Shown: piece by piece, positions 1 to 10,151 of the stretch
How positions within the stretch are numbered: the first letter of the stretch is position 1
How the letters are laid out: every line of letters starts with the position of its first letter
NCBI GenBank assembly: GCA_018816525.1
Contig: JAHIVV010000054.1
Location: 9,047-73,046 of the forward strand
Reading direction: 5' to 3'
Source: Elusimicrobiota bacterium
GTDB lineage: Bacteria; Elusimicrobiota; Endomicrobiia; CG1-02-37-114; XYA2-FULL-39-19
Length of the DNA: 64,000 nucleotides
Program-made: the position numbers and the translations under genes
Notes under the pieces: model-generated
Seen by the model: only the letters and a program-made list of their open reading frames with translations
Database searches by the model: none
Told to the model about the DNA's origin: nothing

Positions 1-470
1 CCTATAGAAACCAATTTAAATTACCGATACTCACTGCCCGCCCGTTTGCATTCCTTGGCCCTTATCAACTAATCGATAAACCCTGGGCAATCAACAATTT
101 CATCAGAGACAGCCTGTTAGGCGGGCCTATAAGGATCCTTGGCAATGAAAATACTGTAAGAAGCTATATGTATGCTTCAGATATGGCTTTCTGGTTTTTA
201 AGCATACTTTCTAACGGCAAGGCAGGTTTAGCCTACAACGTCGGAAGCCCTAACAGCATAACGCTTAAAAATCTAGCAGAAAAAATATCCAATAATTTTC
301 CGAATAAAATTAAGATCGTTTCTGAACTTCCTCCTAATAAGAACGCTGATAAATCCAGGTTTGTCCCGGATACTACTTTAGCCAATGAATTTTTAGGATT
401 GAAAGAAACGGTTGATATTGAAGATGCCCTGAGGCGGACTATTACCTGGTACCATGAATTTTTAAAATGA
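1..470 (+). CDS. NAD-dependent NDP-sugar epimerase/dehydratase family protein. This is a C-terminal fragment; the gene starts upstream of the window.
   Basis: The frame is open from nt 3 with no stop (YRNQFKLPILTARPFAFLGPYQ...RSYMYASDMAFWF...TITWYHEFLK*). The SDR-type C-terminal region resembles GDP-fucose-synthase/epimerase C-termini. Its stop overlaps the next start (ATGA). Confidence 0.6.
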   Translation, partial: YRNQFKLPILTARPFAFLGPYQLIDKPWAINNFIRDSLLGGPIRILGNENTVRSYMYASDMAFWFLSILSNGKAGLAYNVGSPNSITLKNLAEKISNNFPNKIKIVSELPPNKNADKSRFVPDTTLANEFLGLKETVDIEDALRRTITWYHEFLK

Positions 471-1405
471 AAAAAAATAAAAAGAACATTCTTATTACCG
501 GAGCAAGGGGATTCATAGGGAAAAACTTAATTGAGCATTTATTGAGTTTTTCTTCATCCAAATATTCACTTTTTTATCCTTACCATTCAGAACTAGATTT
601 ATTAGACTGTGAAAAAGTTCAAGCTTATCTCAAGGATAAAAAAATAGACACTATAGTTCACTGCGCTAATACCGGAGGAACCAGAAAAACCGCATATGAT
701 GCCGGCAGGACGGATGTAACATCAAATAATCTAAGGATGTTTTTTAATTTAGCTCATTGCTTAAACTCAAATATGAAGCTGATAAATTTAGGCACCGGGG
801 CTGAATACTCAATTAAAAATTATAAGCCGAAGATGCCTGAAAACTATTTTGATAAATATGTACCTGAAGATGCTTATGGGTTCTCCAAATATATTTGTTC
901 AAAATTCGCAGAAAAATCAAGCAATATTGTAAGCCTGCGCCTTTTTGGCGTTTATGGTAAATACGAAGATTATGAATACAAATTCATATCAAACTCAATT
1001 GTTAGAAACTTGCTTGGCCTGCCTATTGTTATATCGCAAAATGTCTTATTTGATTTTAGCTATATCAACGATTTAGTAAAAATAATAGAGTATTTCATTA
1101 AAAATAAGCCGAAATACAATACTTACAATCTTGTAACCGGTAAACCAATAGACCTTATAACAATTGCCAAAAATATTAATGATATTTCTTTAAATCCTTC
1201 TAAAATTGTTATTAAGCACCCCGGGCTTAACACCGAATACAGCGGCTCAAATATAAGATTATTGAAGGAAATAGGAAATTTTACTTTTACACCAATTAAC
1301 CGGGCACTTAAAAATTTATATTCATGGTACAAAGACAATATAAACAAAATAGATAAAAAACTTATATATGAGGACAAATATATTCAATACTGCAGAGTAA
1401 AATAA
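467..1405 (+). CDS. NDP-sugar epimerase/reductase of the extended SDR family. It is Fcl/AscE-AscF-like and could be a 3,6-dideoxyhexose synthase.
   Basis: Rossmann motif ILITGARGFIGKNL. ELDLLD...KIDTIVHCANTGG is like GDP-L-fucose synthase. The YxxxK catalytic motif is present (YGFSKYICSK). It sits directly upstream of ddhC. Confidence 0.65.
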   Translation: MKKNKKNILITGARGFIGKNLIEHLLSFSSSKYSLFYPYHSELDLLDCEKVQAYLKDKKIDTIVHCANTGGTRKTAYDAGRTDVTSNNLRMFFNLAHCLNSNMKLINLGTGAEYSIKNYKPKMPENYFDKYVPEDAYGFSKYICSKFAEKSSNIVSLRLFGVYGKYEDYEYKFISNSIVRNLLGLPIVISQNVLFDFSYINDLVKIIEYFIKNKPKYNTYNLVTGKPIDLITIAKNINDISLNPSKIVIKHPGLNTEYSGSNIRLLKEIGNFTFTPINRALKNLYSWYKDNINKIDKKLIYEDKYIQYCRVK

Positions 1406-1416
1406 GGGACATAGTC

Positions 1417-2745
1417 ATGACAAAATTAAAAGAAAATTTAATTAGAGAAGAAATTTTAAAAAAGGTTAAAGAGTATCATTTTTCGAAAATACCCCAAAAG
1501 TTTATTCCGGGTGAAACTTTAGTAAATTATGCCGGTAGAATTTATGACGAAAATGAATTAATGAATCTTGTAAGCTCTTCATTGGATTTTTGGTTGACTG
1601 CAGGGGAATATGCCCAGAAATTCGAAAATAAGTTAGCCGAATTCTTGGGTGTAAAATACTGCCTTTTGAATAATTCCGGTTCTTCAGCGAATCTGCTCGC
1701 TATTTCCGCGCTAACTTCACCCAAACTTAAAGAAAAAAGATTAGTTCCGGGTGACGAAGTAATAACAACTGCCTGCGGTTTTCCTACTACGTTGAACCCT
1801 ATAATCCAAAATAATTTGATCCCTGTATTAATAGATGTTGATTTAGGAACCTACAATATTAAAACAGAAAATATCGAAAAAGCAATCACAAAAAAAACAA
1901 AAGCAATATTTATTCCTCATACATTGGGAAACCCCTTCAATATTGATAAAGTCCAACAGATCGCAGAAAAACATAATTTATGGCTTGTTGAAGACAATTG
2001 TGATGCGTTAGGTTCCAAATATAAAGGAAAGCATACCGGCACGTTCGGCCATTTATCAACTTGCAGTTTTTATCCTGCACACCATATAACCATGGGAGAA
2101 GGGGGCGCTGTTTTAACCAATGATCCTTTATTAAAAAAAATAGTTCTTTCTTTAAGAGATTGGGGCAGGGATTGCTGGTGTGAACCAGGCCATGATGACA
2201 GCTGCGGCAAAAGGTTCAATCAAAAGTTCGGTAAACTCCCTTTTGGTTACGACCACAAATATGTATATTCACACATTGGTTATAATTTAAAACTCACTGA
2301 TATGCAGGCCGCTATAGGTCTGGCGCAATTAGACAAACTTCCAGCATTTATCAAAAAGAGAAAGAAAAATTTCAGTACTCTTTTCGAGCATCTAAAAAAA
2401 CATGATAAGTTTTTACTTTTGCCTGAAAAAACAGAATACTCAGATCCCAGCTGGTTTGGCTTCCCGATTCTGGTAAAGCAAAATGCTCCTTTTAAAAGAA
2501 ACGATATCGTAAGCTTTTTAGAAAACAATAAAATAGCTACCCGTATGCTTTTTGGCGGGAATCTTATTAAACAGCCGGCTTATCAGGATATTAAATATAG
2601 GATTTTTGACAATCTGAATAACACGGATAATGTCATGGACAATTTATTCTGGATAGGCGTATATCCCGGTATAACAAATGAAAAATTAAAATATATCTTT
2701 AAAATAACGAATAGCTTTTTTAATGGTCTCAAAACTTTAAAATGA
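1417..2745 (+). CDS. ddhC: CDP-4-dehydro-6-deoxy-D-glucose 3-dehydrase (E1, PMP-dependent, with a [2Fe-2S] cluster)
   Basis: DegT/DnrJ fold, with the active-site Lys replaced by His (SFYPAHHITMGEGG). The exact E1 Fe-S motif C-X57-C-X1-C-X7-C is present (DNC...DCWCEPGHDDSC). Length is 442 aa, matching RfbH/DdhC. Confidence 0.85.
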   Translation: MTKLKENLIREEILKKVKEYHFSKIPQKFIPGETLVNYAGRIYDENELMNLVSSSLDFWLTAGEYAQKFENKLAEFLGVKYCLLNNSGSSANLLAISALTSPKLKEKRLVPGDEVITTACGFPTTLNPIIQNNLIPVLIDVDLGTYNIKTENIEKAITKKTKAIFIPHTLGNPFNIDKVQQIAEKHNLWLVEDNCDALGSKYKGKHTGTFGHLSTCSFYPAHHITMGEGGAVLTNDPLLKKIVLSLRDWGRDCWCEPGHDDSCGKRFNQKFGKLPFGYDHKYVYSHIGYNLKLTDMQAAIGLAQLDKLPAFIKKRKKNFSTLFEHLKKHDKFLLLPEKTEYSDPSWFGFPILVKQNAPFKRNDIVSFLENNKIATRMLFGGNLIKQPAYQDIKYRIFDNLNNTDNVMDNLFWIGVYPGITNEKLKYIFKITNSFFNGLKTLK

Positions 2746-3776
2746 ATAATGTTAATTTGGAACAAAACATTCTGCTTTCTATTTGTATCCCTACCTGGAA
2801 CAGATATTCCCTTTTAAAAGATTTATTATCAAATCTTTCAAAACAATTAGAAAATACCGATAATGTAGAAATTTGCATCAGCGATAATGCTTCAATTGAC
2901 CAAACCAGAGATTTATCAAACGAAAGCCAGTTCAACTTCAAGTATTTATCTATAAATCATAATAACGAAAACATAGGCTTTGATAGAAATGTTATATACG
3001 TATCAAAAATGGCCAAAGGAAAATATGTATGGCTTTTATCAGATGATGAAGTACTTTGTAAAGATTGTATTAAAAATATTTTAAACTTGATCGAACATTA
3101 TGAACCCTCTGTAATAGCCTTAAATTTTTTAAGGATAACAATATACGGAGAAATGGTGCCGTTCTTTGCCATAAAGGAAACCTTAATTATTGATAAATTA
3201 ACACCTAAATTGAACCCTTTGACATATCTGAGTAAAATCACCTCCATTGTAGTAAAAAGAGACAATATTGATTATTTGAAGCTTGAAGAATTCATAGGGT
3301 CTGAATTCATACATAGTGCGCTTGCAATCACTTGTTTGGTAAGACAATGTAAAATGATCGTTACCAGCGAACCATTTACCGAAGAATTGAAGACGCTTTA
3401 TGTAATAAGATTCAGCCCAAAAAAACTTTTACTTAAAATGATAAAGTTCGGGGGTAAACTCGCAAAATATACACCTTTTGATGAAAATACTTACACCAAA
3501 GATTCAGTTCAACTTTTAGGCATTTATTATGGCTGTAAACAAGGAAATTTCATTGCACCTGATAGATTTCACGTTTGGGATTTACTTCCTTTAATATCAA
3601 GAATCCGGTTTAAAATCTTTTCACCTTTAATCCTAAGGAGAATTGTTTCAATTCTGTTGCCAAAATTCCTTATTCAAATAATTGATAATTTAAGAAATTT
3701 AAAACTTCCTACAGAAAAACATAATAGATTAAAAAAACACAAACAATTCATAAAACATTGGAAGATCGATGAATAA
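2742..3776 (+). CDS. Glycosyltransferase family 2
   Basis: N-terminal LSICIPTWNRYSLL...ICISDNAS, a GT2 DxD-type fold signature. Translationally coupled to its neighbour (ATGA overlap). Confidence 0.7.
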   Translation: MNNVNLEQNILLSICIPTWNRYSLLKDLLSNLSKQLENTDNVEICISDNASIDQTRDLSNESQFNFKYLSINHNNENIGFDRNVIYVSKMAKGKYVWLLSDDEVLCKDCIKNILNLIEHYEPSVIALNFLRITIYGEMVPFFAIKETLIIDKLTPKLNPLTYLSKITSIVVKRDNIDYLKLEEFIGSEFIHSALAITCLVRQCKMIVTSEPFTEELKTLYVIRFSPKKLLLKMIKFGGKLAKYTPFDENTYTKDSVQLLGIYYGCKQGNFIAPDRFHVWDLLPLISRIRFKIFSPLILRRIVSILLPKFLIQIIDNLRNLKLPTEKHNRLKKHKQFIKHWKIDE

Positions 3777-5241
3777 AATACAAGATGCCTCGGTATTATT
3801 GATTGGAAGAGTATTACAAATGGTAGCTGCTGTTATCAGCCTAAGATTACTGACTACTTTTCTGCTTCCAAACGAAGTTGGGCGCTATTATATCATCCTT
3901 AGCGTAATTGCATGGTTCGGCGGAGTTTTTATCAACCCGATATGTATGTATGTAAGCAGAAAATTGATAGAATGGAATTTAGAAGGTTTATCGCGCAAAT
4001 ATATGCTAAAATTCGCTGTTTATTTAATTTACATCACCGCTTTCAGTCTAATATTAACTTTAATATTTTTGAAATTATTTGGAATAGGCACAAACGTTAG
4101 TTATTTTTGGATGTCATCAATACTTGTTGGTAATTTATTGTTTGTCACTTTAACAGGTACCATGCTGAATAATTTGAATATTTTAGGACATCGTATATAT
4201 TTTGTTTTATTCACAAATTTGACTTTGTGGTTCGGCTTGGCTATTTCTATTCTATTAGTAAAGTTTTTTTCGCCGCAAGCAGAATACTGGATTTTTGGGT
4301 CAATTATTTCGAATGTTATAATTCTGCTATTTTCCGCCTTTATTCTATGGAAAATGCTAAATGTTTCTACAAATAACGACGATCTTCCCTATAAAAATGA
4401 TAAAAGTTTTTCATTTTTAGTTGTATTTAAATTTTCAATCCCATTAGCAGTTACGGTATGTTTTTATTGGCTTCATACGCAATCTTACCGTTTTATACTT
4501 GGTTTTAATAGCCAGGAAAACCTGGTTGGCTTATTTGCAGCCGGTTATTCAGTCGCAGCCGGAATAATGATTGCTTTTGAAAATTTGTTCGGGCAATTCT
4601 ATAATCCCTACTTTTTTAATCAAATTGCTAATAAAGACAAGCAGCAAAAAGCAATCGCATGGAATAAATACGCTGATTGTTTCATCCCGTCAATTGTTAT
4701 CATGGGAGTATTTATATCTTGTTCAGCACACTTTTTAATAAAAATATTTGTTGGCAGTAAATTTCAAAATGTTCCTTATATCGTTTTAGGAGCCGCTTTA
4801 ATTGAAACTGTAAGACTCATAGGCAGTTCTTATTATATGGCAGCGCTCGCTCAAATTGACATGAAAATACTTGTGGTGCCTCAATTTATTGGAGCCGCAA
4901 TAGTTCTACTTGGAATATTCACAACACTTCAAATAAACCCATTTGCTTCAATAATTATTTCTATGCTTCTTGGATATATTGTAACTGTTGTTTTAGTTGA
5001 TCTAAAATTAAAGAATGAACTGCCTGTTAAATTTCCATGGGTCAGATTTTTCAAATCTTTTAGTCTAATGATTCCATTTATAGTGTTAACCCTACTACTT
5101 ACAATTTTGATACCAATACCTAATTTCAAACAATCGCTTTTAGTAGTCTGTTTTGGCGGTGTTTATATGATTCTAGCCCAATACATTATTTCTAAATCAT
5201 GGTTGTTTGAAGGATTAAGATTAAAGGGTGATATAGCTTGA
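3769..5241 (+). CDS. wzx: Polysaccharide flippase (Wzx-like, MOP/PST superfamily)
   Basis: 490 aa, about 12-14 hydrophobic helices throughout, typical length and position in an O-antigen locus. Confidence 0.6.
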   Translation: MNKIQDASVLLIGRVLQMVAAVISLRLLTTFLLPNEVGRYYIILSVIAWFGGVFINPICMYVSRKLIEWNLEGLSRKYMLKFAVYLIYITAFSLILTLIFLKLFGIGTNVSYFWMSSILVGNLLFVTLTGTMLNNLNILGHRIYFVLFTNLTLWFGLAISILLVKFFSPQAEYWIFGSIISNVIILLFSAFILWKMLNVSTNNDDLPYKNDKSFSFLVVFKFSIPLAVTVCFYWLHTQSYRFILGFNSQENLVGLFAAGYSVAAGIMIAFENLFGQFYNPYFFNQIANKDKQQKAIAWNKYADCFIPSIVIMGVFISCSAHFLIKIFVGSKFQNVPYIVLGAALIETVRLIGSSYYMAALAQIDMKILVVPQFIGAAIVLLGIFTTLQINPFASIIISMLLGYIVTVVLVDLKLKNELPVKFPWVRFFKSFSLMIPFIVLTLLLTILIPIPNFKQSLLVVCFGGVYMILAQYIISKSWLFEGLRLKGDIA

Positions 5242-6176
5242 AAAATATTAAAATTCCAAATTGTCCGGTATGTGGTTCTACAATTTCCAAAGTACTGTAT
5301 ACTGACCGTAATCGAAGGGACGGGATTGACTGTTCAGGAACTTATGTCAAATGCAATAATTGTAAATTAATTTACTTGAATGAACGGCCGGAATGGGAAA
5401 CAATTGCCGGATATTATTCTTCAACTGAATCTAAACATACAAATACGGGTATTGTGAATTTGGCCGAAGTATTAACAAAAAGTAAAGTTCCCTTTTGGAA
5501 AAAAATTTTGAGAAAATTTATTTCACGCCCACATTCCTGGCCAATAAAGGAAGTTGAAAAAGGAACTTTTAATATACTTGATATTGGCTGCGGCTGCGGA
5601 GCTAAATTGCTAGAATTTAATCAGAGAGGTTATGATGTCTGGGGTTTGGATGTTGGCATTCAGTCTATTCAAAAATGCAAAGAATTATTGCCAAACGGTC
5701 ATTTTATCTGCGGTGAATTACAAACAGCTGGATTACCTAAAGAGACTTTTGATTATATAAGAATTGATAATGCTTTAGAGCATATGCCCAACTGTAGCGA
5801 AGTAATTAAAGAATGTTATCAAATACTTAAAAAAGGCGGAAAACTCATTATTTATGTGCCTCACGGAAATAGTATTACAATGCGTATCCTTGGAAAATAT
5901 TCCATATCATCATGGATACCTTTCCATTTACAACTTTTTACAAAAAAATCTATTTATAAATTACTGAAAGACTCAGGTTTTGATGATATAAAGACTCATT
6001 ATTGTACTCCATCATCCTGGATAATTTTAAGCATATTTCAATTATTCAACAAAAATAGTACTTCTGCCATAAAAATTAATTACCCTGCATGGATTGATTT
6101 TGTAATTTATCCGTTTAATTACATATTGGACCGGTTAGGGATCTCAGAAGAATTAATAGCAGTTGGAAAGAAATAG
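5238..6176 (+). CDS. Class I SAM-dependent methyltransferase with an N-terminal Cys4 zinc ribbon
   Basis: TTG start overlapping the wzx stop. CPVCGS...CNNC zinc-ribbon. Motif I ILDIGCGCGAKLLEF. Confidence 0.7.
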   Translation: MKNIKIPNCPVCGSTISKVLYTDRNRRDGIDCSGTYVKCNNCKLIYLNERPEWETIAGYYSSTESKHTNTGIVNLAEVLTKSKVPFWKKILRKFISRPHSWPIKEVEKGTFNILDIGCGCGAKLLEFNQRGYDVWGLDVGIQSIQKCKELLPNGHFICGELQTAGLPKETFDYIRIDNALEHMPNCSEVIKECYQILKKGGKLIIYVPHGNSITMRILGKYSISSWIPFHLQLFTKKSIYKLLKDSGFDDIKTHYCTPSSWIILSIFQLFNKNSTSAIKINYPAWIDFVIYPFNYILDRLGISEELIAVGKK

Positions 6177-6178
6177 AA

Positions 6179-7594
6179 ATGATAACTAATAATTGGCGTA
6201 AATACTTTTTAGGATTTGGCGTCATAGCAACAATATATTGCTTAATTTCTTTTTCATTAAATGGCTTGACCGAACATAAATCAGAATTCAATGTTCTGTA
6301 TGGGGTTGTGCTCTCCATTACAGCATTCATCGCTATGTATATCTGCTGTCAAGGTAAAAGAGTTTATTACTCTCCAATTACTTTTGCAATGCATTTTATA
6401 ATAGGTTTTCCATTAGCTTTAACATTTGTTTTAGAAGACGAAAATAGCGGTTTTGCCCACAAATATGGACAATATGGCTTTTTCGGGTTTACAAATGCAG
6501 AATATGTAAATGTTGTTTTAGTTGCAATAGTTGGAATTGCAGGCATTGTATTTGGACAATTAATTGCTAAATCACTGGTGAATAAAAACTTTAAAATAAC
6601 AGAAACCTATTTTAAATTGTCGGAAAATAAATTATTATTTTTAATAATTCTATGGTTTGCATTAAGTATTATCCTTAGTACTTTAATGTGGAATTTGGGT
6701 GTGGGACAACTTGGATTAGTGAGGATTGACCCTTTGCCCTTTAGGCTTACTGGAATCATGAATTATACTAGATACATAATTGTTCCAGTAACAAGCATAA
6801 TCTTATTAAGTTTGACACTAAAATATCAAAAAACAACGAATCTAAAAATACTTTTATTACTGATATTCACTGAAGGTTTATATTCAGGAATAGAAGCATT
6901 AAGCAGAGCAGCCTTATTTTTTAGGCTTATTCCGGTAATTCTATATGTATTTATGACTATCCAGACTAACGCAACTAAACGACTTGTATCAAAGTACCTA
7001 ATTTTTGGCTCACTTTTACTTTTATTTTTGTTGCCTTTAACAACTGTTTTGCGCGATATGGCTTACGAAAAAGGTTCATATAAAATTAGTGAAGTTGTTG
7101 AAAAAAAAGATAAACTACATACCGGGGGTTTCCTGAATATTAAAGAAGTTGTTTCTTTTGCAGTCATGAGAATTGGCGGGGTTACTGAATTGATGGCTGT
7201 TTCTGCAAGTCCGTTAAATGATCTGGAAAGCTTTTATGGATCGATGGCTCAAAAAATAGACTTTAATAAGATTGTATATGGTCTTGATCTTACTAACGGA
7301 CCAGGATTCGCGATGGGCTGGGGGGTTAGTTTCTTTGGATATCTGTTTACAAGCGGGAGTACATTAATTGTATTTTTATCATCAGCATTTATATCCGCAT
7401 TTCTTGTTTGGTTAGAATTTAAGTTTTATAAGATTGATGCCCCGGAAGTAAACGCCGTTGTCGGTTTCATGCTGGCTCATTTTTGCTGGGAAGGGGTTAT
7501 TAATCACGTGATTTTTTCATTGTCAGTGGTAGTATTTATTTATTTACTTTTGTCATACAAATACCATCTTAGGGAAACTAAACTTAATGTTTAA
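6179..7594 (+). CDS. Polytopic membrane protein, putative O-antigen polymerase (Wzy-like)
   Basis: 471 aa, more than 10 TM helices, no soluble domain, located between the methyltransferase and a glycosyltransferase in the glycan operon. Confidence 0.4.
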   Translation: MITNNWRKYFLGFGVIATIYCLISFSLNGLTEHKSEFNVLYGVVLSITAFIAMYICCQGKRVYYSPITFAMHFIIGFPLALTFVLEDENSGFAHKYGQYGFFGFTNAEYVNVVLVAIVGIAGIVFGQLIAKSLVNKNFKITETYFKLSENKLLFLIILWFALSIILSTLMWNLGVGQLGLVRIDPLPFRLTGIMNYTRYIIVPVTSIILLSLTLKYQKTTNLKILLLLIFTEGLYSGIEALSRAALFFRLIPVILYVFMTIQTNATKRLVSKYLIFGSLLLLFLLPLTTVLRDMAYEKGSYKISEVVEKKDKLHTGGFLNIKEVVSFAVMRIGGVTELMAVSASPLNDLESFYGSMAQKIDFNKIVYGLDLTNGPGFAMGWGVSFFGYLFTSGSTLIVFLSSAFISAFLVWLEFKFYKIDAPEVNAVVGFMLAHFCWEGVINHVIFSLSVVVFIYLLLSYKYHLRETKLNV

Positions 7595-8783
7595 TAAATT
7601 CAAACATTGCTTGAAAAAAATCAGTCTTTTAAATAAATTAAATACTTCGCTTAAGGGTTTTTATCAATATTATAAAAATAAAAGTGAATTGGCTTATTAT
7701 CGTAGGCAGGCGGCCAGACATAATTTAAAGGTTAGCACTAGTGATGAGTTACGAATAGAGCTTCAAAACCGGCTTAATTCTAAAGGGATAAACCCAAAGC
7801 CAAAGCAAAAAGGCAATCTCCATATTTTTCTTGCCTATGAACAAAACAACTGGGAATCCGTGCTTCCTAGAACCTTGCAGTGCTTTGGAAAGTTAACAAC
7901 ATTTGAATGGAAATCATCTGGTTATAATCAGAGTTCAAACAAATGGATTAGTGTACGCGGAGAAATGAACAATAAAATGTTAAAATGTTTCGAAGAAGCC
8001 GACAAAATACAGCGAATAGACGCTTTCGTAGGATATTTGTGCGGTTACAATATATCTACGAATATTCTTAATGAATTCACTAAGTCAGGAACACCAATAT
8101 TCAATTTTTGCTGGGATGATAAGCTTTTTTTTAAGGGGCCAAAAATTGAAAAAAGGTTTTATGGGTTGGCTGAAATAGCTTCCAGCATAGATTTAAATTT
8201 AACTAATGCGCCAGATTCAATTATAAAATACACTGTTCACGGCGGATTAGCAAAATTTTGGCCTGAAGCAGCGCATCCTGACATTCATAAACCTCATGAA
8301 TGCAATTATCTCTATGATGTATCTTTCGTAGGTAAAAAATACGGATATAGGCCTGCCTTAATCAATTACCTTAGGAGAAATGGCATAAATGTGACGGCCT
8401 TTGGGCAAGGCTGGGAAAACGGGAGTTTATCTGACGAAGAGATGATAAAACTTTACTCAAAAAGCAGGATTAATTTAGGATTCGCCGGAGTTGCTCAGTC
8501 AAATAAACTAATGTGTTTGAAAGGCAGAGATTTTGAGATTCCGATGTCAGGCGGCTTGTATTTAACGCAAGACAACCCGGAATTGAAGCTTGTTTACGCC
8601 ATAGGCAATGAAATATTAACTTATGAAAACAAAAAAGCTTGCCTTGAAAAAATTAAATGGATTTTAAATAACCCATCGAAAGCCGAAAATATTAGAAAAA
8701 ACGGGAGAAGCCGTGCATTAAAGGACCATACCTGGGAAAAACGATTCGAAGAAATATTTCGATTATCGCATATTATGGCATAA
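7587..8783 (+). CDS. CgeB-family / DUF3880-type glycosyltransferase (GT1-like C-terminal domain)
   Basis: C-terminal DFEIPMSGGLYLTQDNPELKLVY...LTYENKKACLEKIKWILNNPSKAENIRKNGRSRALKDHTWEKRFEEIF matches the CgeB / Glyco_trans_1_2 pattern. Confidence 0.55.
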   Translation: MFNKFKHCLKKISLLNKLNTSLKGFYQYYKNKSELAYYRRQAARHNLKVSTSDELRIELQNRLNSKGINPKPKQKGNLHIFLAYEQNNWESVLPRTLQCFGKLTTFEWKSSGYNQSSNKWISVRGEMNNKMLKCFEEADKIQRIDAFVGYLCGYNISTNILNEFTKSGTPIFNFCWDDKLFFKGPKIEKRFYGLAEIASSIDLNLTNAPDSIIKYTVHGGLAKFWPEAAHPDIHKPHECNYLYDVSFVGKKYGYRPALINYLRRNGINVTAFGQGWENGSLSDEEMIKLYSKSRINLGFAGVAQSNKLMCLKGRDFEIPMSGGLYLTQDNPELKLVYAIGNEILTYENKKACLEKIKWILNNPSKAENIRKNGRSRALKDHTWEKRFEEIFRLSHIMA

Positions 8784-8786
8784 ATT

Positions 8787-10151
8787 ATGAAACTATTATT
8801 TATTAACGCAATAAACACAAAAAAGTATATTGAAACTGTTTATCCGCCTTTAGGCCTGGCTTATTTGTCATCCTATTTAAAAAAGCATTTCCAGGCTATT
8901 CAAATTAAAATTATTGACAGCAAAATCGAAGAAACATTAAAAGAGTTTCGACCAAATTATGTAGGTGTTTCATCAGTTTCTCAAAATTTCAATAGAGCTA
9001 TTTTTGTAGCCGATTTGTGTAAAAAGTTGAATATTCCTGTATTTGTCGGAGGAGTTCATATAACGATGCTTCCTGAAAGCTTACCCAAAATATTTGATTT
9101 CGGGGTAGTAGGAGAAGCAGAACAAACAATGGTAGAAGTTGTTGATTACTTGTCTAAAGGCGGCAAATCTGGCTCAATGGAGATGAAATCTATCAATGGC
9201 CTGGTTTTACATGACAATGAAGGTATTTTATTAACAAACAAAAGGCCTCTTTTGGAAAATCTTGACTTACTGCCCTTTCCAGACAGAGATTTGCTGAATA
9301 TACACATTGGCGAAACTACTTATCTATTTTCCTCGCGTGGCTGCCCGTATAAATGTACATTTTGCGCATCAACGCGTTTCTGGAATAAAACCCGCTGGTT
9401 CTCTTCAAATTATGTTTTAGCTGAATTAGAATTGATAATAAATAAATACAAACCAAAAGTTATTACTTTTTATGACGATCTTGCTGTAGCAAATTTAAGT
9501 AGATTTCAAGAGATTGTGAAAGGCATCAAATCTAAAGGAATTGACAAAAAGGTTAAATTTAACTTCTCTTGCAGAGCCAATCTTGTAAACGAAAATTTAA
9601 TAGCAACTCTAAAACAACTTGATATTGAAAGAATATGTTTTGGCCTTGAGTCTGGGTCACAAAAAACGCTGGATTTTCTCAAACCTAAAATGACAATTGA
9701 GAAAAACCGGCTGGCCCTGGATATGTTTCATAAGGCAAAAATTCCTATTCAAGCCACATTTATCATAGGTTCACCGGACGAAAGTGAAAAAGATATCCTT
9801 GAAACCTATTCATTTATAAAAAAAAGTAAATTAATAGACTTTGAGACCTATATATTAACTCCATTTCCCGGAACGCCAGTATGGGATATAGCTTTAAATA
9901 AAGGAATAGTTTCAAACGGCATGAATTGGGAAGATCTTGCCGTAGAAGTAGAAGATAACCCGGAAAATAAAATATTATTATCTAATTTGCCAAAAAACAA
10001 AATAATGGAGCTTTACAACCTGATAAAAAGAGAAAAAATTAGACGCAGGCATAAATACCTGATATTAAGGATAATAACAAATCCATTGTGGATTATAAAG
10101 AAAATTTATGAAAGATACAAAAATTACAAACATAGAAATTCTGTACGATAG
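8787..10151 (+). CDS. B12-binding radical SAM protein (class B radical-SAM, likely methyltransferase-type)
   Basis: N-terminal B12-binding Rossmann region (LLFINAINTKK...YVGVSSVS) followed by CxxxCxxC (SRGCPYKCTFCAS). 454 aa. Confidence 0.8.
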   Translation: MKLLFINAINTKKYIETVYPPLGLAYLSSYLKKHFQAIQIKIIDSKIEETLKEFRPNYVGVSSVSQNFNRAIFVADLCKKLNIPVFVGGVHITMLPESLPKIFDFGVVGEAEQTMVEVVDYLSKGGKSGSMEMKSINGLVLHDNEGILLTNKRPLLENLDLLPFPDRDLLNIHIGETTYLFSSRGCPYKCTFCASTRFWNKTRWFSSNYVLAELELIINKYKPKVITFYDDLAVANLSRFQEIVKGIKSKGIDKKVKFNFSCRANLVNENLIATLKQLDIERICFGLESGSQKTLDFLKPKMTIEKNRLALDMFHKAKIPIQATFIIGSPDESEKDILETYSFIKKSKLIDFETYILTPFPGTPVWDIALNKGIVSNGMNWEDLAVEVEDNPENKILLSNLPKNKIMELYNLIKREKIRRRHKYLILRIITNPLWIIKKIYERYKNYKHRNSVR

